64,000 nucleotides of DNA from Candidatus Poribacteria bacterium. GTDB taxonomy: Bacteria > Poribacteria > WGA-4E > WGA-3G. The DNA is taken from the NCBI GenBank assembly GCA_965242965.1, contig OZ251518.1, positions 832,001-896,000 of the forward strand, in the 5' to 3' direction. Numbering within the stretch: position 1 is the first letter of the stretch; every line of letters begins with the position of its first letter. The position numbers were made by a program, and so were the translations under genes. A model generated the notes under the pieces. It did not search any database. It was not told the origin of the DNA and saw only the letters and a program-made list of their open reading frames with translations. Below are positions 38,480-47,688 of this stretch, piece by piece.

Positions 38480-38794
38480 ATGCTTAGTATCAATAGTGGT
38501 GGAAATAAGCGAAGACCGCGTCCGATCGGCACGCCACAAGGCCAACACACACTGATTACGCTCCTCATCTGCGCGATACTCGGTATGGTGCTCAGCCGCG
38601 TGCTGCCGCCGATTCTGCTGAAATTGCGTCCGGCGATGACAGCAGTCGAAGCGCAAGACCTGGGTGTGATGCTCGCCTTAGGCATTAGCGGCGTTGTGAT
38701 GGTAGTGCGACTCCTCAAACCGCCTAAAAAGAAAAAAGGCACCTCTCTTCGGGAACGATTTTTAAAGGAGCAGGAAAAATCGGATGGCAGCTAA
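38480..38794 (+). CDS. Small 2-TM hypothetical protein
   Basis: AAGGAG RBS, two hydrophobic helices, overlaps the purM start. Confidence 0.65.
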   Translation: MLSINSGGNKRRPRPIGTPQGQHTLITLLICAILGMVLSRVLPPILLKLRPAMTAVEAQDLGVMLALGISGVVMVVRLLKPPKKKKGTSLRERFLKEQEKSDGS

Positions 38795-39818
38795 AAACTC
38801 GTTGACTTATGCCGATGCCGGCGTTTCGTTTGAGGAAGAAGCGAAGGCTATCGCGCGCCTCAAAAAGTTAGTCCAAACCACATACCGGCCCGAAGTCCTC
38901 AGCGATGTCGGCAGTTTCGGTGGACTTTTTGCCCTCGGTTCGTATCAAGAACCGGTGCTTGTCTCTAGCACAGATAGCGTCGGCACGAAACTTAAAGTTG
39001 CGTTTCAAGCGGAACGACACGACACCGTGGGGTTTGACATCGTCGCGCACTGCGGGAACGACATCGTCGTGCAGGGTGCGGAACCGCTCTTCTTTCTTGA
39101 CTACATCGGCATCAACAAGGTATCCGCCGATGTTATTGAACAGATTATGAGCGGGCTCGCAGCGGGATGCAGGGAAATCGGGTGCGCGCTCATCGGTGGG
39201 GAAATTGCCGAACTTTCAGAACTCTATGCCCCAAACGAATATGACCTGGTTGGCACTATAGTCGGCGTAGTTGAGAGGACATCTGTCATCACCGGCGATG
39301 CAATTGAACCCGGTGACGCGCTCATCGGGTTGGGCTCCGTGGGGTTACATACCAACGGCTTCACATTAGCGCGACGCATCGTGTTTGAGCGGTGTAACTA
39401 CGGCGTTGACACCTATCTCCCAGAACTCTCTGCTACGCTTGGAGAGGAACTGCTGAAGCCGCACAAAAGTTATGTCACGTCCATTCTGGAACTCCGCAGG
39501 GTTTGCGATGTGAAGGGGCTCGCGCATATCACCGGCGGCGGGTTGCCGGGAAACGTGCAACGCATTCTGCCAGATGGATGCACGGCGCAGATTCGGAAAG
39601 GCACCTGGGAGATTCCACCGGTTTTCCCGTTTTTACAACAGAAAGGCAATGTTGCCGAGGAAGAGATGGCCCGGGTCTTCAACATGGGCATCGGCATGGT
39701 GATTGCGCTCGCGCCCGATGCTGTTGATGCCGCCGTTGCCGCTCTCAATGCCTCAGGCGAATCTGTCTACCGGATTGGCGAAGTGCTTGCCGGCGAAAAG
39801 GGGGTGCGCCTTGTCTAA
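38784..39818 (+). CDS. purM: Phosphoribosylformylglycinamidine cyclo-ligase
   Basis: LTYADAGV, STDSVGTK, EPLFFLDY, GLHTNGF, AHITGGG, FNMGIG. Confidence 0.97.
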   Translation: MAAKNSLTYADAGVSFEEEAKAIARLKKLVQTTYRPEVLSDVGSFGGLFALGSYQEPVLVSSTDSVGTKLKVAFQAERHDTVGFDIVAHCGNDIVVQGAEPLFFLDYIGINKVSADVIEQIMSGLAAGCREIGCALIGGEIAELSELYAPNEYDLVGTIVGVVERTSVITGDAIEPGDALIGLGSVGLHTNGFTLARRIVFERCNYGVDTYLPELSATLGEELLKPHKSYVTSILELRRVCDVKGLAHITGGGLPGNVQRILPDGCTAQIRKGTWEIPPVFPFLQQKGNVAEEEMARVFNMGIGMVIALAPDAVDAAVAALNASGESVYRIGEVLAGEKGVRLV

Positions 39819-40518
39819 ACCTTTTGCCGAGACGCAAGAATTGGAGACGCTGCTTGACGAAACGCATCCACAGGTGATTTTGGCGGCGTTACAGCAAGTG
39901 GACGATGCCGATGCCGCGCTCTTTTTGCTCATGCTCAAAACCGCCTCCGATGCGCTCACCGCGCACGCCGGGAAAATCTTCGCGCAATTGCCGTTCGAGA
40001 GACAGGTCAGCATCGCCGAAAAGGTGATTGCGACAGAGATTGTCGAATCGGAACGCGCGAAGCAACTCTGGGACATCCTCGTGGGGAAAATTCAGGAGGC
40101 ACACACCCAGAACCTGTTTTTAGGCGAGGGCGCGGGAAATCTGGCGAAACTGCTCTCACACGCCGATATCGCGACGCAAAGCCGACTATTGGAAGCGTTG
40201 GGAGAGAGACAACCAGAAGTAGTCAATAGCGTTGAGGCACAACTGTTTCCTTTTGATGAATTGGCGCGCTTGGAAGATGAGGCAATCTCAACTATCCTGC
40301 ATGCGTTGGACACCTCCACGTTAGCCCTCGCTTTGCACAACGCGCCCCAGGCGATTCGGGACAGGTTCGTTGAGAACATGTCGGCATCGCAAGCGGAGGA
40401 GCTTGAGGCGGCAGCGGCGCAGTTGACGGTTGAACAGACGCAGCTCGTTGACACGGCGCGCCAATCAGTTGTGAATTTGGTGCGCAATTTCGCGGCGAAG
40501 GGTATGTTGAAGATGTAG
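39811..40518 (+). CDS. FliG middle/C-terminal-domain-like protein
   Basis: ETHPQVI (EHPQ-like), QLFPFDEL (MFxF-like), LALALH...FVENMS...ARQSVVNLVR; TTG start overlaps the purM stop. Confidence 0.7.
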   Translation: MSKPFAETQELETLLDETHPQVILAALQQVDDADAALFLLMLKTASDALTAHAGKIFAQLPFERQVSIAEKVIATEIVESERAKQLWDILVGKIQEAHTQNLFLGEGAGNLAKLLSHADIATQSRLLEALGERQPEVVNSVEAQLFPFDELARLEDEAISTILHALDTSTLALALHNAPQAIRDRFVENMSASQAEELEAAAAQLTVEQTQLVDTARQSVVNLVRNFAAKGMLKM

Positions 40519-40652
40519 AGGATAAGCGAAGGGGAGCGCGCATCGGGCCCACCTCTGTAGTTCGGGAGCGGGTGCTCCCGAACGGATCAGGAGCAGGTGC
40601 TCCTGCCCTACAGGGGTGATGCGCTCTGACAGCCAAACGCACTGGGGCTCAC

Positions 40653-41606
40653 CTAATCTTCCAACGTAAACTCAAAAGGAATCTTCACCCTCTTGCTCAC
40701 CGGTTTTCCTGCCTGCATAGCAGGGGTGAAAGTGGATTTGCGCAGTGCGGCAATTGCCGCGTCTTCAAAGCCGAAACCGAGACTAGTAAGGGGCACGATA
40801 TCCTGGGCGATGCCGTTCTCATCAATAGTGGCTTGCAAAAACACGATGCCCTCTTTTCCTGCGCGTTTCGCGGTTTGCGGATAATCCGGCTTCGATTTGA
40901 ATTTGAACTTTGGGTTGGTGCCCTTGGGTCCAATTTTGATATCCCCGACGTTCAAATCCGGCGCGTCATCTACGGCGAGGGGTTCAACCTTGTCAAGCAG
41001 CGAATCCGAGGAACGCTCCGGTGCAAAATCGAGAGGTTTTATCTCTACCTCATCTGCCCCGGTTGGCCGCTCAAGTCCCTTCCCAAAATCAAGAGCCTTC
41101 AGTCCGCTGGTTGTCGACGGTTCGGGGACTTCCACCGCCGCGTCGGGTGCCTGATCGATGGTGAACCCGGTATCTGCTAACGGCAGTGTCGTAGTCGTCT
41201 GGACAGGTTTCCGCGTTATATTCTTTTGCGTATCCTGCCGCTTGGTTTCAAACTGCTGTTTCGGCCGCGCTCGGAATCTGCGTTTCGTCGATGGATTTTC
41301 TTTCACGACAAGCACCCCATCAATTGTCTCTGTCTCGGAGACAATCCGGTCGGTGATGTAGAAAATGCTGATGAAGAACGCTATAATGACATGAAATGCC
41401 ACGGACACCGTGAGTGCAGTGGAGTTGCGGCCCGCGGTTTTCTGCAAAGTCATCGGCGCGCTCATCGGTTGCGCCTGCGCTTGAGAGACAGCACTCCGCT
41501 GCCCCGTATCAAGCGGCATCCGCTTCAACGGTTTTACCCGCTTCGGCTTTTTACGTTCCGCCCGGCGCTGCTGAAGAGTGGCGACAATGTCGGAACTTCT
41601 ACTCAT
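40653..41606 (-). CDS. tonB: Energy transducer TonB
   Basis: TM helix SVAFHV; C-terminal PDYPQTAKRAGKEGIV...FTPA...IPFEFTL. TTGACA-18-TATAAT promoter at 41722-41751. Confidence 0.88.
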   Translation of the reverse strand: MSRSSDIVATLQQRRAERKKPKRVKPLKRMPLDTGQRSAVSQAQAQPMSAPMTLQKTAGRNSTALTVSVAFHVIIAFFISIFYITDRIVSETETIDGVLVVKENPSTKRRFRARPKQQFETKRQDTQKNITRKPVQTTTTLPLADTGFTIDQAPDAAVEVPEPSTTSGLKALDFGKGLERPTGADEVEIKPLDFAPERSSDSLLDKVEPLAVDDAPDLNVGDIKIGPKGTNPKFKFKSKPDYPQTAKRAGKEGIVFLQATIDENGIAQDIVPLTSLGFGFEDAAIAALRKSTFTPAMQAGKPVSKRVKIPFEFTLED

Positions 41607-41771
41607 CTCTTTTTCCTCCTATAACTCTAACGTGCGATATCGGGAATCTGTGAGTTACAATACTTAACGTTACGATTCGCAAAAAGTTTACGAATGCGCG
41701 ATTTTTCTAACCCTAATGCGAATTATAGCGTATTTGCGTTATTTTTGTCAAATCAACGAAAATCTAGTTAG

Positions 41772-42140
41772 AACGTAGCGCGGGGGCCTGTTCCCCGCAA
41801 GCGTGGTGTAACGTAGCGCGAGGGCCTGTCCCTCGCGATCTCCATCGTCCCGATGTGTTTTTCCCCCTCTGTAGTTTGTGATCGCCTGATCACAAACAGG
41901 TCAAGATCAGGCGATCTTGACCTACAGGTGTGATGCGGTCTGCCCCCAAAACGCATGGCGAGGGACAGGCCCTCGCCCTACGGTGAAGGGGACTGTTTTT
42001 TATCGTAGCGCGGGGGCCTGTCCCCCGCGATGGTGCATGGCGAGGGACAGGCCCTCGCCCTACGGTGAAGTGCCGTTTTTTATCGTAGCGCGGGGGCCCT
42101 CGGATGCCACACGCGCATCCGAGAGGGTTTCCCCCGCGAG
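41772..42140. repeat. REP-like cluster (A, B, nested A)
   Basis: Same modules as the other clusters. Confidence 0.88.
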
Positions 42141-42156
42141 CCAATATCTCCAAAAT

Positions 42157-44361
42157 CTACGGATTCCACCAATACGTGAATTTCCCTACCACTGTCGAAT
42201 CCAACAGTGCCGACTTCGTGGTTCTATCCGTATCGTAAGTCTGATTGAAAACAAAGTAGAAATCGCTCCCTGGACGGTAAATGTAGTTAATCAGGAAGTT
42301 CGTCGAGACTATCTGCGAATCGGTGTTCCACTGCGCGAAGAGTTTGGCGAAAAGACTCGTGGAGAACGAATAGTTGAAACGGCTCGTGAAGAGGTTCGCG
42401 TCAAAATTGCCCGCTGGCAGGTTGACGCGGTTAGATTGATAGAACGTCTCCACACTCATCCGACTCGTCGGTTTCAGCGTTACGTGGACATAGAATTTCC
42501 GAATGTCCCCGTTGTAGAAATTCCCGAACTCAAACCCGGTTGTGGTGTTGAACGCCCGGGTGTCACTCGTAGAAATGCGGCCGCCAACCCCACTGAACTG
42601 ATAGTCGCCGATTGGGATGAGCACGCCGTCGCGAATCTCAAAATCTTCGTCTAATCGCTCAAACTCGCGCTTCGCATAAAACAAGATGGAGTCTCCCGTC
42701 GAGAGACTAAACCACTGCGTGTAGTTGACATCCCACTGCTCAACTTCGTTGTCCTGATTGAGGACGATGTCAACTTCGGGGCCCGAGTAAATTTCACGGA
42801 TGCCGTATTTATGCGGCCTGGGTGCCCAGCGGAATTGTCCCTGCATCCGTCGGATGCCGCTTTGCCGGACATAACCCACCGCGGGGTTGAAGTCCTCATC
42901 AATGTCGGTATAAGAACCCGATGCGCGGAAAATGTCATTCCGCCAGCGGGTGCCGAGATACCACGCGTTATTTCTGCCGGACATATCGGGTTCAAACGTC
43001 CGGGACCACATGCCGCGCACATCTAGGTTATTGCTTGGCCGGTATTCAAAGTCCATCCCACCGGCGCGATTGTAACCGTCGATTTCGTCTTTGTTGACAG
43101 CAATCACGCCGATGCGCGAGCCCGCGGCAATGTCCTTGGTAACCCGCATCACAGAATAATTGGTGCGCGGAATGTCAACAGCATCGTCATCTTCAGTCGC
43201 CGCCGAGTAAAATTCGTTTGTCAGCACGTTGAGGATACCGACACCGTAGGAACCGACTTTGCCGGTGGCTTTTCCGCCGAAGACAATGGGGATGGCGTTG
43301 CCTTCGGCGAGCCCGATGCGTCGGCTATAGAAGAGTAGCATCGGGGGCGGCCTGCGGAAGCTGCTCCGCGGCACACCGAAATCAAATAACCCCGCGCCTT
43401 CTAAAAAGAACGGCCGTTTTTCTGGGAAAAAGAGGTTAAATCGGGTGAGGTTAACCTGCTCCTGGTCTGCCTCAACTTGCGCGAAGTCGGTATTATAGGT
43501 GATGTCGGCGATGAGATTTGAGGTGATGCCGTATTTCGCGTCAAATCCCACCTTGAATTCGCGCGTCGTCTCCAACACGTCTCCATCGCCGTTTGCCTGC
43601 GTGATGCCGGGCAGCACATAAGGCAGGACTTCCAAGTGTCGTGAAGGCGCGATGCCTTCCAACCCGACAAGCGAACCGACATTCGCTGTCCGATACTTCG
43701 CTAAGCCGCCGTAAGATGCAGGAACCGGTGCCCAGATGGATTCCTCCTGATTCCGCGGGAGTTCGCGCCCCAAGTTGAGTCCCCATACCATCGGTTCGCG
43801 TTTATCAAAGCGGAGTTGACTGAACGGGATGCTGAACTCCAATGTCCAGTAACCATCGTGGATTTTCGCTTTGCATGCAACGATGGCATCCCAGTCGGAG
43901 TTAAACGTGTCACCGCTATTCGTCACGGCTCTGTCCTGCACTGCGCCGAGTGCGTTCATGCGGAAGAAAAACCCGCTCCGTTTGTCGTTATAGGTATCCA
44001 ACAGGAGAAAAACGTTGTCGTTTTCGTGTATGTCGCGAGAATCGCGACGCATCTCGTTGGCAATGAGTTTTGACATCTCGGAATCGTAGCATGTGAAGCC
44101 GAAGTAGAGATTCTCGTTATCGTAGAGGATGCGCGCCTCCATCGGTTCGGTGAGTGCTTCGCCTTCATACGGTTCGATTTGCGCGAACTCCGTTATCGGC
44201 TCGGCGTTCTGCCAGTCTTCTTCGCCCAAGTCGCCGTCAATCTCAATGTTTTGGTAGGTGCGGTATGCTTTCGTTTGGTATACATCGTTTACCTCAGCTT
44301 GCGCGCCGGGTGCGAAGAAAAGTAACAGCACGCCGATGCATCTAAATAGATAGTTGTCCAA
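42157..44361 (-). CDS. CBM9-like / DUF5916 outer-membrane protein
   Basis: IEIDGDL.EEDW, WTLEFSIPFSQLRF, NTDFAQVEAD...NLTRF.LFFPEKRPFFLEG, FYSRRIG. Confidence 0.88.
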   Translation of the reverse strand: MDNYLFRCIGVLLLFFAPGAQAEVNDVYQTKAYRTYQNIEIDGDLGEEDWQNAEPITEFAQIEPYEGEALTEPMEARILYDNENLYFGFTCYDSEMSKLIANEMRRDSRDIHENDNVFLLLDTYNDKRSGFFFRMNALGAVQDRAVTNSGDTFNSDWDAIVACKAKIHDGYWTLEFSIPFSQLRFDKREPMVWGLNLGRELPRNQEESIWAPVPASYGGLAKYRTANVGSLVGLEGIAPSRHLEVLPYVLPGITQANGDGDVLETTREFKVGFDAKYGITSNLIADITYNTDFAQVEADQEQVNLTRFNLFFPEKRPFFLEGAGLFDFGVPRSSFRRPPPMLLFYSRRIGLAEGNAIPIVFGGKATGKVGSYGVGILNVLTNEFYSAATEDDDAVDIPRTNYSVMRVTKDIAAGSRIGVIAVNKDEIDGYNRAGGMDFEYRPSNNLDVRGMWSRTFEPDMSGRNNAWYLGTRWRNDIFRASGSYTDIDEDFNPAVGYVRQSGIRRMQGQFRWAPRPHKYGIREIYSGPEVDIVLNQDNEVEQWDVNYTQWFSLSTGDSILFYAKREFERLDEDFEIRDGVLIPIGDYQFSGVGGRISTSDTRAFNTTTGFEFGNFYNGDIRKFYVHVTLKPTSRMSVETFYQSNRVNLPAGNFDANLFTSRFNYSFSTSLFAKLFAQWNTDSQIVSTNFLINYIYRPGSDFYFVFNQTYDTDRTTKSALLDSTVVGKFTYWWNP

Positions 44362-44440
44362 AAAAGTGCCTCCTGCGGGTAAATAGAGTCAGAATTAATT
44401 TTTAGACGCAAAAGAGGCAAATTGGGTTAATTATTTTTTT

Positions 44441-44685
44441 CAGGGTGCTCATAAATCGCTCAACGTTAACAACGGTGACAGGCCCCGCGCTGCGGTGAAA
44501 AAAACGCCGTCCCTTCACGTAGGGCGAGGGCCTGTCCCTCGCCATGCCAAACGCGCATGCGAGCGGGTTTCCCTCGCCACGCGTTTGGATGTCAGACCGC
44601 ATCACCTCTGTAGTTCAGGAGCACCTGCTCCTGACCCGTTCGGGAGCAGGTGCTCCCGAACTACAGAACTGGGCCCGATGCGCCC
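44441..44685. repeat. REP-like cluster starting with a degenerate MITE end
   Basis: cagggtgctcataaatcgctcaacg resembles the reverse complement of 62255-62281; followed by A and B modules. Confidence 0.75.
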
Positions 44686-44726
44686 CCTCGCTTTTCTATC
44701 GCAAAAGCGCGCCGGTTTTGGCAAAC

Positions 44727-46802
44727 TCAAAATTCCAACGTCACCGCCAAAAACGGCACGATGGGCAGCTGATAGTTCGGTACCTCTTTCGTGAAACCGC
44801 TGTCATACCGGACCTGGAGGAAATTGGCGCGGTTATAGACATTCCAAATTTCAAGACGCACCTCCACTGTGACTAAATCGCCGAGAGGCTTGGCGTATGC
44901 CATCGCCAGATCCAAGCGGTGATACGGCGGTGTCCGTTGCCGTTCACCGTAAATCGGCACCCATTTCTGCTCTTTAGTAAAGGGATTGGTATACCGTTCC
45001 CGGTCGGCGAGAGGTGAATAGAGCGCGCCGCTCATGTATTGCCACTTCGCACTGACGCGCCACGATTCGCTGCTGTAGCGCGCCGCCGTTGTTACCGAAT
45101 GCGGCCTGTTGTAGGAATAGTCCCGTTCGGCTTCGTTCGGAAAATCACGACGTTTGGAGAGGGTGTAGGCATACGAAAGCCAAGCCTCAAACGCCTCTGA
45201 AATTTGGTGCTGGACAGAGCCCTCAACGCCGCGCGCGAAGCCGACTTGCGCGTTCTGATACTGCCTTTCAGCTTGATTGTAAACAACCAGATCGGTGAAG
45301 GATTTGTGATAGCCAGCGAGGTATATTTTCGTTTGCGATGCCAATTCCTGTTCCAATTCCACGACGTAGTGCGTGGCAAGGCTCGGCGTTAAGTCAGGAT
45401 TGCGATTGCCAAGCACACCCTGGTCTAGCCGTGGACTCTGGGTATAACGGCCATAACTGACGTGCAGGGAGGCATCCGAACCCAACGCGAAACTGAGCGA
45501 ACCGCGTGGTTGAACGGAGAGACTATCTGTCAGATTCAAGTAACTCAGCCGTGTTCCGAGTGTTCCGGATAAAAACGTCAGCGACTGATAACTCGCCTGC
45601 GCGTATCCTTCAAAGCGATGCAGGTTTGAGGTTTCAATAACAGAGACTTTTTCGCCGCTGCGCCGCACTCGGAATTCGTAGTCTTCGTCACCTTCTTCCG
45701 GTCTGCGCGCGCCATCGCTCTGAATTATGGTCGGACTTCTGGAAAGCAGAATCCCGAATGCTACTTCGGTGCTGCCGGCAGCGGCGTAAGTTACGTCGCT
45801 GCGGAGGGAGTAATCAGACGCGGCATCGCGATAGAAATACCCCTCGCCAAACGCCAATTCAATCTCCGAGAACGAACGAGTGAGCGAGGTAATTGAACGC
45901 AGTTTGGGGGAAAACTGCGAGTAGAGATGAACGCCTTGCGCATCAAACGGGTTATCCGAATCAACGGGCCCACGAAGATCGCTTTCGTGAGTCTCGCGCG
46001 CGCCGAGGTATAATTTGGAGGCATCATACGCCGAGACAGCGTTGATAACGATACCGTGGGTAGCATTCAGTTTGTAAACGCCTTTGAGTTGATAACTCCA
46101 GAAACTCGGCACTTCTCTCACCAGTTCTTCTAACTCCACTAGCCGCGAAGCCAGTTGGTAAAACGGACCCAGGTAACTCCGCCTGCCGAACGCATACCAA
46201 TACCCGTGTCCTGCCACCTCATTTTTGAGGAATTCGGCATCGGTGGAAACTGGATACGGTTGTGTTTTCGGGGAGTTGTGTCCTATTTTTCCGCCGAGGA
46301 ATGCCTCGGAATAGATAGGATTGACCTTCACGATTCCATCGAAAAGTCCTGTTGTTCGCGGGCGGGAGTGGATGTCAATTACCGCCTGTGAATCCGCGCC
46401 GAACTTTGCGTCAAACCCGCCCGGGTAAACGTCAATCCGTTCAATGACATCGGCACTGACGACAGAGACGATGCCGAGCAGATGGTAAGGAAACGCCAAC
46501 GGCAGCCGGTCGAGGTAGTAACGGTTATCGCCGGGTGCACCACCTCGGACAGAGAGGACTCCCATGAAATCGTTTAGCGTGCTGATACTCGGATGTAGCG
46601 TTATCGCTCGGAACGGATCATCGGCACTGCCGGGGAGTGCTGTTAACGTTTCGCCATCAATTATCTGCGGTTTTTTGCGGAGCCGCTGCGTCATGACTTC
46701 AATGGGAGCCAGTTGATGCACGTCGTCATCGTTGTCTTGCGCAAAAGGTGCCGTTGGGATGATGAACAGGAGTAAGGTTAAATAGAGAATGGGCCGCGTC
46801 AT
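44727..46802 (-). CDS. TonB-dependent receptor
   Basis: Plug (LSVRGG..DNRYYLD, IDVYPGGF), YHRLDL, NVYNR, C-terminal Phe. Confidence 0.9.
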   Translation of the reverse strand: MTRPILYLTLLLFIIPTAPFAQDNDDDVHQLAPIEVMTQRLRKKPQIIDGETLTALPGSADDPFRAITLHPSISTLNDFMGVLSVRGGAPGDNRYYLDRLPLAFPYHLLGIVSVVSADVIERIDVYPGGFDAKFGADSQAVIDIHSRPRTTGLFDGIVKVNPIYSEAFLGGKIGHNSPKTQPYPVSTDAEFLKNEVAGHGYWYAFGRRSYLGPFYQLASRLVELEELVREVPSFWSYQLKGVYKLNATHGIVINAVSAYDASKLYLGARETHESDLRGPVDSDNPFDAQGVHLYSQFSPKLRSITSLTRSFSEIELAFGEGYFYRDAASDYSLRSDVTYAAAGSTEVAFGILLSRSPTIIQSDGARRPEEGDEDYEFRVRRSGEKVSVIETSNLHRFEGYAQASYQSLTFLSGTLGTRLSYLNLTDSLSVQPRGSLSFALGSDASLHVSYGRYTQSPRLDQGVLGNRNPDLTPSLATHYVVELEQELASQTKIYLAGYHKSFTDLVVYNQAERQYQNAQVGFARGVEGSVQHQISEAFEAWLSYAYTLSKRRDFPNEAERDYSYNRPHSVTTAARYSSESWRVSAKWQYMSGALYSPLADRERYTNPFTKEQKWVPIYGERQRTPPYHRLDLAMAYAKPLGDLVTVEVRLEIWNVYNRANFLQVRYDSGFTKEVPNYQLPIVPFLAVTLEF

Positions 46803-46812
46803 TTGAATTATT

Positions 46813-47672
46813 TGAGGGTATTTCATAAATCGTTTTCCCCGGTAGGAGAGACCTCCTGGTCTCGATGCAATAGGGGGCGCGCCGGCAGAAAGCCCCCCCT
46901 TCATTGTAGGGCGAGGGCCTGTCCCTCGCCATCGCTCGCGCACTCCAACACTCGCGGGGGATAGGCAACCGCACTACGAAAAAAACGTCTCTTAGGTCCG
47001 TAGGACCTTAATGTCTATAGCACGTGAAGCTGCGAAGAACGCTAAGGTCCTTTAGGTCCTTAATAGTTTTTGAGATGCCGCGTGCTTTTTTATTAAGGAC
47101 CGAAAGGACCTTGACGTGAACCGGCACGTTTATCTATAGACATGTAGGACCTAAAGGACCTAAAACGCCCCCGCTTGGCGATGGAGATCGCGGGGGACAG
47201 GCCCCCGCGCTACGGTAAAAATAACGCCTGCCTTTCACCGTAGGGCGAGGGCCCTCGCATGCCATACGCGCATGCGAGCGGGTTCCCCTCGCCATCGCTC
47301 GCGCAATCCAACGATCGCGGGGGACAGGCCCCCGCGCTACGATAAAACGCCGCCCCATCACGTAGGGCGAGGGCCTGTCCCTCGCCAGCGTTCGCGCGCT
47401 AGGCTCTGTAGTTCAGGATCACCCGATCCTGACCTGTTTGTGATCAGGCGATCACAAACTACAGACAGGGAAGCACATGACGCTGGCGATCGCGGGGGAC
47501 AGGCCCCCGCGCTACGATAAAAATAACGCCTTCCTTTCATCGTAGGGAGGGCCCTCGGATGCCACACGCGCATGCGAGAGGGTTTCCCTCGCCAATGCTC
47601 GCGCACTCCAACGATCGCGGGGGACAGGCCCCCGCGCTACGGGAAAAATCGAGACCGGGAGGTCTCTCCTAC
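46813..47672. repeat. Large mosaic REP cluster (MITE end, C, A, D, nested A, B)
   Basis: Starts tgagggtatttcataa; family D element at 46992-47163. Confidence 0.9.
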
Positions 47673-47688
47673 AACTCTGTGGCAAAAA

